Of a stretch of DNA of 52,345 nt, positions 46,752 through 52,345 are shown in pieces. The stretch is from the NCBI RefSeq assembly GCF_001194135.2, contig NC_068985.1, positions 17,159,204-17,211,548 of the forward strand, written 5' to 3'. Under the pieces are notes generated by a model. That model saw only the letters and a list, made by a program, of their open reading frames with translations, ran no database searches and had not been told where the DNA came from. The translations under genes were made by a program, and so were the position numbers. Within the stretch, counting starts at the first letter, position 1, and the number at the start of each line of letters is the position of its first letter. The stretch comes from Octopus bimaculoides (taxonomy: Eukaryota).

Positions 46752-49700
46752 TCACTAAGGCAGTGAACTGACTGAATGCACGCTGGCCAAAATGCTTTGT
46801 GGTATTTTATCTGTCACTACAGTTCAAATTCTGCTGAGGTCGACTTTGCCTTTCATCTTTCTGGGGTTCGTTAAACACTGCAGCTGATGTAATCGACTAG
46901 TCCCTTCCCTGAAAATTTCAGGCCTTGTTCCGTTAGTAGAAAGGATTACTACTACTACTACTACTACTACTACAACGACTATTATATATTTTTATGTTGC
47001 TATATAAAATTTAAATTTGTTCTTTCTTTCCAGAAAATCCCTAGCAATTGATAATAAACAATTTTTAAGTGATAAAGCACGTCCCTGTGATATCAAACCT
47101 CAAATTTACAGAAAAGCTGACATTCGTTCAAAAAGGTAAAACAATAGATCATATTCTTGTTTTCTATTGAAATAATATTTATGGAATTGATACCAAGTGT
47201 TTGGTGCTTTTCACTATTAAAAGATGTTTGTGAGTGAATGCGTTTTTTAATAAATCAATTTTTTTTTTTTTCCAGTTTGCAACTGAATAAAAGGAAATTT
47301 AAAAGTTTAAAGCTAAAACCACCAGGTGTGTATGTATTATTACCTTTTTTTTGTTGTTGTTGTTGTTAGCATTGTTGTGTGGTAAGAAGTTTGCTTCCCA
47401 ACCACGTGGTTCTAGGCTCAGTATCACTGCATGGACCTTTTGCATATCATCATCATCGTTTAACATCTGCTTTCCATGCTGATATAGGTTGGACAGTTTT
47501 ACTGAGGACTGGCAAGCCAGAAGGCTGCACCAGGCTCCAATCTGATCTGGCAAAGTTTCTACAACTGGATACCCTTCCTAATGCCAACCACTTTGAGAGT
47601 GTAGTGGGTGCTTTTTACGTGCCATTGGCATAAGGGCCAGTGAGGCAGTACTGGCATCGACAACGCTTGAACGGTGATGCTTACATGCCACCGGCATGGA
47701 AGCCATTCAGGTGGCACTGGCAACAGGTGTGACTTCTATTACAGCCCTGGGCTAAACATAGTTTTCTGCATGGCCTTGGTGTATGTGTGTGTTACTATCT
47801 CCTCGCCTTGACATCACATCATAGTTGTATACGGGTGTTTCCATCATGCAGGCAGTGTTCTTTGTTTCTGATTTTCTGTGAAAACATGTCTGGTCATGAG
47901 AAAAATATTACCTTTCTTGGAAACAGTGAGGGTCGGTGACATGCATCTTATCTAAACCTGTCCTTTCTTGTAATAACTATGCAATGGTTCTCTCTTTCAT
48001 TTTCATGACTTGGTCCATCAGCTTGTAATTATTCTTCTCGTGTGCCCTCCTCTCTCACTTGTAACTAACAATGGTATTGCTAAATCAATCATAGTGATAA
48101 CACCTTTCTATACAATCTGATTCTGTATCTAAGGGAGTGCATATATAGTATTTAATTACTGGATTACTAATACAGCATCAGTTATAAATAATAATGCATA
48201 CAAAATCATATTCATATGTATTTAGCTCCATTGTGAAATTATAGCATTGTAATTAAACCACAAGGATTTTCAGCAGCTTGGAATAAGGATTGGTAACAAT
48301 ACTAGTCTCATCCTACCGATGCAAACATCATTCAGACAAGATGTTGCTTTTACTTTTTATGATGATGATGAGTAGTTGCATAAATTTTTAATAATTACCA
48401 AAATACATGCATTATTCCTATTTTTTTTAAAAATCTAATTTCTTTCTTTGTTGTGATTCTTCTTTAACTAATCAATATATTATAAGTGCTTCTCTTCTTT
48501 TATTCTTACAGAAACATATAATGATGTTATAGATGGCTGGAGCAAAATGATTTCAGAATTGGAAGAAATTAAAAGTTTTGTGAGTAAAATTTAATGTTTC
48601 AAATTCATTAGGTAAAATTTACCATTAAACACAATATATATTGCTTTCTCATGATGTCAAAATAACTTCTTTGTAGCTTTATCTTTTCTTAGATATTTCA
48701 TCTATTTATATCTAAAGCTTCCATCAATTAGGGTTGGCCATACATCTACACCTGGACAGTCCCTTCTTAATGCATGAACACACTTGGTCGTTGCCTAGAG
48801 ACCCCTCAGATGTAGGGGCCCTATCTTAATCTGTGTATGCTGCAGTATGTTGTCATTAAAGATGTTGGGGATCTCCAGTGCATTGTTTTGCTCTGGGGCT
48901 TAAAGGGTAAAGGTTAAAGCCTTCCTTTGGGCAAGGTTGTTTATGGAAGACCAGTAGTAACCAATGCATACCAGCCTCTACTCTCCATGCTACCAATATT
49001 ATCCAAGGGAAAACAAAGGTTGATAAGGGGCTTATAATGCTGTTAAGACAGCCTTGCCCCTAGAAATCCTCTCCAGGTTGCAAGCCTGGACAAGGATTCT
49101 TTTATGGTGGAACCAGCAGTTTTCCATGCTTCAAGTTTCTCCTCTCCACACCACTGATGTGTCCCAGCAGTAGGCAAGGGTTAGTATAGTTTAGCACAAA
49201 TGTCATCACTGATGAATTCAGACAGTAAAGACCTGACGAAAATATTAGAGAGTAAAGAGTAAGGGAAGAAAATGCCCATGGGATATGTCTTCCTTGAAGA
49301 AAATAGCAGTTGTATTTGGCCTTCTAATTTCATTTGAAACTCCTACTCTTTTTTTTTTTGTTTTTGCATTTTTACTTGGTACTCTTTCTTTCAATACAAT
49401 TTTATTTTCCAGAATATTTTGGTGGGATTTTGATCTGTGAACAAACGAATTCTGTGGTTGACAATAAAGTGTTTCATTAGAAAGTTCAATTATTTCCTCC
49501 AAATGAAATTTTTTAGTGTTGAAATTATAAAATATCTTCTGCTACTTTCTCTTTTTTTTTTCAGCAGTTAATGTTAGTTTAGTAACTGTTTTACTAATAT
49601 TTATATATTTTGAAGGTAGTGCTCCAGCATGGCTGCAGTCAAATGACTGAAACAAGTAAAAAGATAAAGGAATATATTTTACCGAGTATTATATCAATCA

Positions 49701-51908
49701 TTAAGCTTTTGTATAAATTATATATTTGTGCATATATTCATCATCCTCAACATATGTCCACTTTCTCTGCTGGCATTGGTTGTACCAGACTTTGCAGTTT
49801 GAGTCACTGTTGGGAGCTTGCACTCATACTTGTCATTTGGTTGGTTTCTCCTGTTGGTTGACTTTTATATAATTATAAATTACTGTATATTCCAGAATGA
49901 TATTTTTGTCAATCATCATCTTTATCATCCTCTAATTTCCATTTTCCATGCTGGCATGGGTTGGATGGTTCTAGCAAGTCAGAAGTCTGCACCAAGTTCT
50001 GTTGTCTGCTTTGGCATGGCATTCTGTAAAGTGGATATCATTCCTAATGCCAACCACTTTACAGAATGTATTGGGTGCCTTTTATGTGGCAACAACAGCA
50101 GTGACGTCCCCAAGTAACTTGTAAGACAAGACCCCTCAACTGAGGGCAGGAGTAGTATTGAGAGATAGAAAAATGTGTCTTGCAGTAGAGAAGAAAAAAA
50201 GCTGCCTCAGGTGGAGAAAGAGAAAGAGATGGTGAAGATGAGATAGTGAGAGAGCGTGGCCCCCAAGTTACAGGGAGGTGTCCACAGTCAAGTCAAAAAT
50301 GCATTTTAATTAAGTTTATGAATCTGTGTTGCAAGATCTCTGATGTGAAGTCATGTGTTGAAACAACAATACATATTAATTAATTATTATTACAACTGCA
50401 TTACATGTCTCTTCATATATTTTTCACTCTTTTCTATAGTTTAGCCATAATTATTTGTTTTATATAATTTGAGAACAAAATATATTTATTACAGGTCCGA
50501 CAGTCTGAAGCAACAGAGGAAGTAGATTTCTCCAGTAATAAAAGCACTTCTTTTAATGAGAGATATGAAACTTTAAAAAATATGTAAGTTTAAAAAAAAT
50601 TTTTATAATAATAATAATTGTGATGATGATGAACCTATTGTATACAGTGCTGAAGTGCTGTACAACTATTCAGAACAGGTAACCAAAGTGCATGTACAGT
50701 ACATAGAATAATGCACACAAAGTGAACAGTGAATGAGTCAGTTAGAAAAAAGTGGGGAGTACATCAGGTGTACTGTTTGCAAATATCAGGAAGCATGGAA
50801 GATGTAGTGTCCTGACAGCTAACAACTGATGCAAGTAGTTTATTCCATGCTTCAGTAATTCTGAGTGAAAAGATGTTTCCAAAAGTCATGGATGCTGTGT
50901 TGGTTTTTGATTTTGTAAGCATGTCCACGGCTGTTTGACATATGGAATTCAAAAAGGTGCCCAAGGTTGTTGTTGGAAGGATAGTGGTTAATCTTGTGGG
51001 TGGCTATCAAGTCAGTTTCTATACATCAGAGCTTTAATGTGTCCATACCCAGGGAAGCAAAACATTAAGAGTATAGAAGATTCCTGATGGTAGGTACTCG
51101 CCTTGTTGCATGTTTCTGAACAGTTTTCAGATGTGCTAAGCAAGATTGGGTTCCAGACTGGTGATGCAAAGTGTGGACATACCATAGCCATGCACAGCTT
51201 TAAATAATTAATTGTTGAGTAGCTGTCAAAGGTCTTGCTGAGTGATGCTAAGACACCCTTGGCCTTCTTGACAATTTTAGAAATGTGATTTGTCCAACAC
51301 AAATTGCTGTAGGCAATAATGTCCAGGTCACATTCACTAGGAGACTACTTAAGATTGGTAGTACTCTTTTTGTTTAAGCTGGTACTTATTTTAATGGTCT
51401 CTTTTTGCCAAACTACTAAGTTACAGGGATGTAGCCACACCGACACCAGTTGTCAAGCAGTGATGAGGGACAAACACAAACACACAGGCACATATAATAT
51501 ACATGACAGGCTTCTTTCAGTTTCCATCTACCAAATCCACTCATAAAACTTTGCTGGCCTGAGACTATAGTAGAAAATATTTGCCTGAGGTGCTACCCAG
51601 TGGGACTGAATCAGGAACAATGTGGCTGGAAAGCAAGCTTCTTACCACACATCCATGCATGCACCTATCCATCCATGCCTGTGCCTATGAATGTAAAAAA
51701 AATTTTTTTAAATAGAGCACTGTTTATATTTTATTGACATGTAAAAAATAGTATAAATTCTAAAATAATCTCCGATATACAAAGTTCTTATTAACCCAGA
51801 GACATTGTATATTTTTCTCATTAAATTTAATAATTTCTCTTTCTGCCTCTAGAGTTGAAGATTTAAATGAATTGTATACGTCAATGAACTTTACAGAAGC
51901 AACTGTAG
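10293..51908 (+). CDS. IKBKB: I-kappa-B kinase alpha/beta family gene (invertebrate CHUK/IKBKB pro-orthologue), 16 coding exons in window, 3' end beyond window
   Basis: Manual splicing gives an open 1714-nt frame with GKGTFG Gly-loop, ALK(45), KEIEIM alphaC, HRD(145)IKPEN, IKK-type DLGYAK, S177-V-C-K-S181 activation loop, [20 protein letters not shown], then ubiquitin-like and helical SDD segments. All introns are GT-AG. The symbol indicates family; alpha versus beta cannot be resolved here. Confidence 0.95.
12130..13330 (-). mobile_element. RTE-clade LINE relic with internal deletions
   Basis: Minus-strand [22 protein letters not shown] (RT subdomain), FCYLG and decayed GRPRK; (ATC)n-tailed 3' UTR at 12130-12330. 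Confidence 0.82.
14062..14940 (-). mobile_element. RTE LINE 3' end: ORF2 terminus plus full 3' UTR with internal tandem units and (ATC) tail
   Basis: [45 protein letters not shown]-stop near 14740, continuing into the abundant TTTCCATGCTAGCATGGGTTGGACG repeat. Confidence 0.88.
15920..16270 (+). mobile_element. CR1/L2-type LINE 3' terminus
   Basis: [15 protein letters not shown]...[21 protein letters not shown] matches the C-terminal pattern of CR1-group ORF2. Confidence 0.7.
16300..16860 (-). repeat. three tandem ~190-bp copies of an RTE ORF2 terminus
   Basis: TTTTACTTGGCTTGATGGGTCTTCT at about 16304, 16493 and 16691; minus strand reads GLTEAM...EKTHQAK-stop. Confidence 0.8.
16930..17271 (-). 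mobile_element. foldback element: 108-bp inverted arms around a hammerhead-containing loop
   Basis: Arms 16930-17037 and 17164-17271, about 5 mismatches; CpG-rich loop. Confidence 0.88.
17098..17142 (-). ncRNA. near-intact minimal type-I hammerhead ribozyme motif
   Basis: Minus strand CGTACG-CTGACGA-A-GGGT(AAACA)ACCA-GAAAC-CCGG-GTC-CATGCG; palindromic ACCCGGGT helix III, GUC triplet. Confidence 0.75.
18480..18884 (+). mobile_element. Helitron 3' relic (Pif1-type helicase C-terminus and CTAG end)
   Basis: [38 protein letters not shown] and [11 protein letters not shown]; GC-rich subterminal stretch then CTAG|T at 18881-18885. Confidence 0.88.
18943..19127 (+). mobile_element. (ATG)n-tailed RTE-3'-derived repeat, young copy. 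About 22 copies in window, e.g. 5100, 13606, 21565, 23455, 24925, 25965, 29518, 30058, 34435, 36120, 37005, 38180, 38590, 41885, 43400, 44900, 47445, 49910
   Basis: Shared GGCATCCAGCTGTAGAAACTCTGCC...CCAACCCATGCTAGCATGGAAAGCGGACGTTAAACGATGATG. Confidence 0.9.
19581..19970 (+). mobile_element. tRNA-derived SINE family A, full length. Other copies at about 20805-21205(-), 22470-22735(+), 24110-24490(-), 32425-32830(+), 39000-39365(-), 40725-40930(-), 51370-51660(-)
   Basis: tRNA-like head GGCTGTGTGGTAAG...GGTTC, body GCACCTTGGGCAAGTGTCTTCTACT, internal (TA/TG)n, tail CAAATGACTGAAAC. Confidence 0.85.
20020..20146. mobile_element. Tc1/mariner-type MITE, 127 bp
   Basis: TA-CAGGGTGTCCACAAAGTCTGGGTACATG...CATGTACCCAAACCTTGTGGATACCCTG-TA. 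Confidence 0.85.
21329..21530. repeat. ~80-bp imperfect inverted repeat of the Penelope-type family also at 3859
   Basis: Arms about 21329-21404 and 21448-21530, preceded by the same AACAAGGTGGAA...CAAATACCAG.GGTAGAGTAA leader as 3859-3903. Confidence 0.65.
22783..23318. mobile_element. foldback element with ~92-bp inverted arms ending in hammerhead halves (Penelope-like inverted pLTR)
   Basis: Arms 22783-22874 and 23226-23318; both contain GAAACAGCTGTA. Confidence 0.8.
22853..22900 (-). ncRNA. decayed minimal hammerhead motif
   Basis: GTCT-CTAATGA-T-GGGATAT(CTTTT)ATATCCC-T-GAAAC-AGCT-GTA-AGGC; G5 to A change, 7-bp helix II, palindromic ACAGCTGT. Confidence 0.65.
23675..23719 (-). ncRNA. 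decayed hammerhead-like motif
   Basis: TGTCA-CTGAAGA-G-GTCACA(GATG)TGTGAT-GAAAG-AT-TTC-CGGACA; intact core halves, weak helices I and III. Confidence 0.45.
24637..24728 (+). CDS. IKBKB: IKK exon: [31 protein letters not shown] (Gly-rich loop)
   Basis: ctttag acceptor, gtatgt donor, 92 nt, phase 1 to 0. Confidence 0.93.
26557..26771 (+). mobile_element. tRNA-derived SINE family B. Other copies 30597-30809(-), 46759-46945(+), degenerate 37770-37900(-)
   Basis: GGCGGTGAGCTGGTAGAGTCGTTAG (A-box-like) and GAGTTCAAATTCCGCC (B-box-like) head; shared CTTTGCCTTTCATCCTTTCGGGGT body. Confidence 0.85.
27184..27393 (+). CDS. IKBKB: IKK exon: LEELALKQ...[17 protein letters not shown]...[13 protein letters not shown]
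   Basis: tttcag acceptor, gtaatt donor, 210 nt, phase 0 to 0; catalytic Lys, alphaC Glu, hinge. Confidence 0.96.
27440..27790 (-). mobile_element. SINE-like family C: family-A-like head with (ATG)n-type tail. Related copies about 35880-36090(+), 45770-46130(-), 47735-47945(+)
   Basis: Shared CCAGACATGTTTTCACAGAA block, tRNA-like end near 27760, catcat tail near 27440. Confidence 0.6.
28755..29070 (+). mobile_element. RTE/RTE-X LINE ORF2 C-terminal relic
   Basis: ELWQRPNQ...[13 protein letters not shown]...[24 protein letters not shown]. Confidence 0.85.
29085..29330 (+). mobile_element. tRNA-derived SINE family D with CORE-like central block. Other copies about 43050-43197(-), 31795-31960(+), 820-900(-)
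   Basis: ATGGCTTAGTGGTTAGGGTGTTG head; TTGAGTAAAACACTTCATTTCATGTTGCTCCAGTCCACTCAGCTG body. Confidence 0.65.
31280..31489. mobile_element. Tc1/mariner-type MITE, same family as 20020, opposite orientation, internal ~83-bp duplication
   Basis: TA-CAGGGTGTTCACAAAG...CTTTGTGGACACCCTG-TA; two TGGGTACAT...TATGTGTTAATC units. Confidence 0.85.
32210..32362 (+). CDS. IKBKB: IKK exon: [51 protein letters not shown]
   Basis: ttag acceptor, gtgaga donor, 153 nt; catalytic loop HRDIKPEN. Confidence 0.95.
33655..33952 (-). mobile_element. tRNA-derived SINE-like element with (AAC)n tail
   Basis: Minus-strand head ...CCTAGTGGTTACAGCAG...GGGTTTGAATCTCAG; (TTG)n at the left end. Confidence 0.55.
34201..34290 (+). 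CDS. IKBKB: IKK exon: [30 protein letters not shown] (activation loop)
   Basis: ttacag acceptor, gtaagt donor, 90 nt; DLG motif and SxxxS. Confidence 0.97.
35503..35627 (+). CDS. IKBKB: IKK exon: [42 protein letters not shown]
   Basis: tttcag acceptor, gtcagt donor, 125 nt, phase 0 to 2. Confidence 0.97.
37535..37642 (+). CDS. IKBKB: IKK exon: [36 protein letters not shown]
   Basis: ttatag acceptor, gtaagt donor, 108 nt, phase 2 to 2; FSSELP resembles IKK FSSSLP. Confidence 0.92.
39391..39565 (-). mobile_element. foldback element: 54-bp arms around hammerhead-like motif 39449-39492
   Basis: Arms 39391-39444 and 39512-39565; minus strand ACAC-CTGATGA-A-GGTTG(GAGAGTAAAAT)CAGCT-GAGAC-GTT-GTGG. 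Confidence 0.72.
39976..40200 (-). mobile_element. 96-bp hairpin directly capped by a hammerhead-like core (40068-40108)
   Basis: Arms 39976-40071 and 40105-40200, about 6 mismatches; minus-strand loop CTGAAGA-G-ATTGC(AAGAGT)GCAAT-GAAAT-G-ATT. Confidence 0.78.
40493..40628 (+). CDS. IKBKB: IKK exon: [45 protein letters not shown] (end of kinase domain)
   Basis: ctacag acceptor, gtattc donor, 136 nt, phase 2 to 0; EKWLxxML.W..RG motif. Confidence 0.94.
41040..41700 (+). mobile_element. DD37D (maT-type) Tc1/mariner transposase relic
   Basis: [12 protein letters not shown]...[12 protein letters not shown]...(W)[14 protein letters not shown](W)G...[10 protein letters not shown]...EANGNFY-stop; three in-frame TAG stops. 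Confidence 0.88.
42702..42893 (+). CDS. IKBKB: IKK exon: ubiquitin-like domain [48 protein letters not shown]...FLSDN
   Basis: ttccag acceptor, gtaatt donor, 192 nt, phase 0 to 0; pattern fits the IKK ULD. Confidence 0.88.
43937..44065 (+). CDS. IKBKB: IKK exon: [43 protein letters not shown]
   Basis: atttag acceptor, gtaagt donor, 129 nt; LFLLD and PEQLQVIL resemble VFLFD and PESVSCIL. Confidence 0.88.
45563..45654 (+). CDS. IKBKB: IKK exon: [31 protein letters not shown] (SDD)
   Basis: ttgcag acceptor, gtttgt donor, 92 nt, phase 0 to 2. Confidence 0.88.
46380..46710 (-). mobile_element. possible LINE RT fragment
   Basis: Minus-strand ILLNTTDLL...[10 protein letters not shown] resembles YINDL...FADD; heavily decayed. 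Confidence 0.35.
47034..47135 (+). CDS. IKBKB: IKK exon: [34 protein letters not shown] (SDD)
   Basis: ttccag acceptor, gtaaaa donor, 102 nt, phase 2 to 2. Confidence 0.85.
47276..47325 (+). CDS. IKBKB: IKK small exon: [17 protein letters not shown] (SDD)
   Basis: poly-T ccag acceptor, gtgtgt donor, 50 nt, phase 2 to 1. Restores the frame to exon 48512; SLQLNKRKF aligns to IKK SIQIDLEKY. Confidence 0.85.
48512..48579 (+). CDS. IKBKB: IKK exon: [22 protein letters not shown] (SDD)
   Basis: ttacag acceptor, gtgagt donor, 68 nt, phase 1 to 0; conserved W..M. Confidence 0.87.
50495..50583 (+). CDS. IKBKB: IKK exon: [30 protein letters not shown] (SDD)
   Basis: ttacag acceptor, gtaagt donor, 89 nt, phase 0 to 2. 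Low sequence similarity; supported mainly by splice sites and phase. Confidence 0.72.
50640..51310 (-). mobile_element. CR1 LINE 3' relic, same family as 5908-6850
   Basis: [20 protein letters not shown]...[17 protein letters not shown]; 3' UTR CTGTTCACTTT...GTACATGCAC shared with 6810-6870. Confidence 0.85.
51853..51908 (+). CDS. IKBKB: IKK exon: [18 protein letters not shown] (SDD)
   Basis: ctctag acceptor, gtaagt donor, 56 nt, phase 2 to 1; ELY resembles IKK ARELY. Confidence 0.82.
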
Positions 51909-51959
51909 GTAAGTATGGGAGCATCCAATGTTGTAAATAAATTTCAGAATAATTTTTAT

Positions 51960-52345
51960 AACTAACAATATAGCCTGGCTTTGCACGGGATTAAGTTAGG
52001 ATTATTAAGTTAATCAAGAGCTTTGTTTCAAGCCAAACTAAGTAACACCGATGTCAAATTTGAGCAAAATCCATTCAAATTGGTAAACATTTGGCTGAAA
52101 ATGGGTTGCAGACAATTTGATTGGGAAATCTCATAAGGAATCAATTTATTGATTTTTCCACATTTTTTTTCTTTTTTTTCTTTTTTTGAGAACTTAAAGC
52201 ATTCAAAGATCCCATGAGTCCTAAGTAACGCCGGCATCAAGTTTGAACAAAATACATCAAAATTGGTAAAAGTTATGGTTGAAAATGGGGTGTAGCCAAT
52301 TTTAGTGAGAAATCCTGTAAGGAATCTGTTTATCGATTTTTCTCA
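51960..52345 (+). mobile_element. possible Helentron/HINE-like element with ~175-bp internal tandem units, truncated by the window
   Basis: Start TAGCCTGGCTTTGCACGGG; two related CTAAGTAAC.CCG...AAATTGGTAAA...GAAAATGGG...AAGGAATC units. Confidence 0.45.

Larger units (their letters stand above)
3106..46972. repeat. dense microsatellites, e.g. (TAA)n 3106-3135, (TATG)n 4125-4205, (GA)n 7563-7600, (TA)n/(TG)n 10374-10410, (GA)n(CA)n 20296-20380, (TAC)n 46718-46750 and 46948-46972
   Basis: Directly visible simple repeats. Confidence 0.95.

Noticed and set aside
19581-46945. tRNA genes suggested by A/B-box-like motifs
   Set aside because: They are SINE heads followed by family-specific bodies; no complete cloverleaf recognised
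47034-48579. Apparent frameshift or pseudogenisation between exons 47034 (ends phase 2) and 48512 (starts phase 1); an alternative frame reads EKLTFVQK
   Set aside because: A 50-nt exon at 47276-47325 with good splice sites restores the frame and aligns to IKK, so no indel is needed
49205-49502. Hammerhead-like CTGATGA...GACGAAA at about 49209-49245 (plus) and a faintly GIY-YIG-like minus ORF 49245-49502
   Set aside because: Helix I and helix III do not pair and the ORF similarity is too weak. If real it would be a sense-strand exception to the antisense bias, so it should be included in a formal scan.

Overview
AT-rich, microsatellite- and transposon-dense animal genomic DNA with six N gaps. 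The repeat families, (ATC)n tails and intron sizes suggest an octopod cephalopod (inference). The one protein-coding gene I can support is a plus-strand I-kappa-B kinase of the IKKalpha/IKKbeta (CHUK/IKBKB) family. I reconstructed it by hand as 16 GT-AG coding exons from 10293 to 51908 (1714 nt, 571 codons, no stops, all phases compatible). It covers the kinase domain, the ubiquitin-like domain and most of the scaffold/dimerisation domain, and continues past the window end. The rest is mainly relics of RTE and CR1 LINEs, at least four SINE-like families, mariner/DD37D, hAT, Mutator-like and Helitron elements. The most unusual signal is a recurring architecture in several unrelated sequences: a minimal type-I hammerhead-ribozyme-like core with a palindromic helix III, sitting inside or capping 40-108 bp inverted repeats. 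These are probably Penelope-like-element derivatives. The best copy (17098-17142, minus) keeps the full catalytic core and a GUC triplet, and all five two-half motifs inside the IKK gene are antisense to it. There is also a 191-bp foldback element with a perfect 9-bp TSD carrying inverted telomeric hexamers (1856-2046). All of this was read by eye; no alignment, folding or database search was run.
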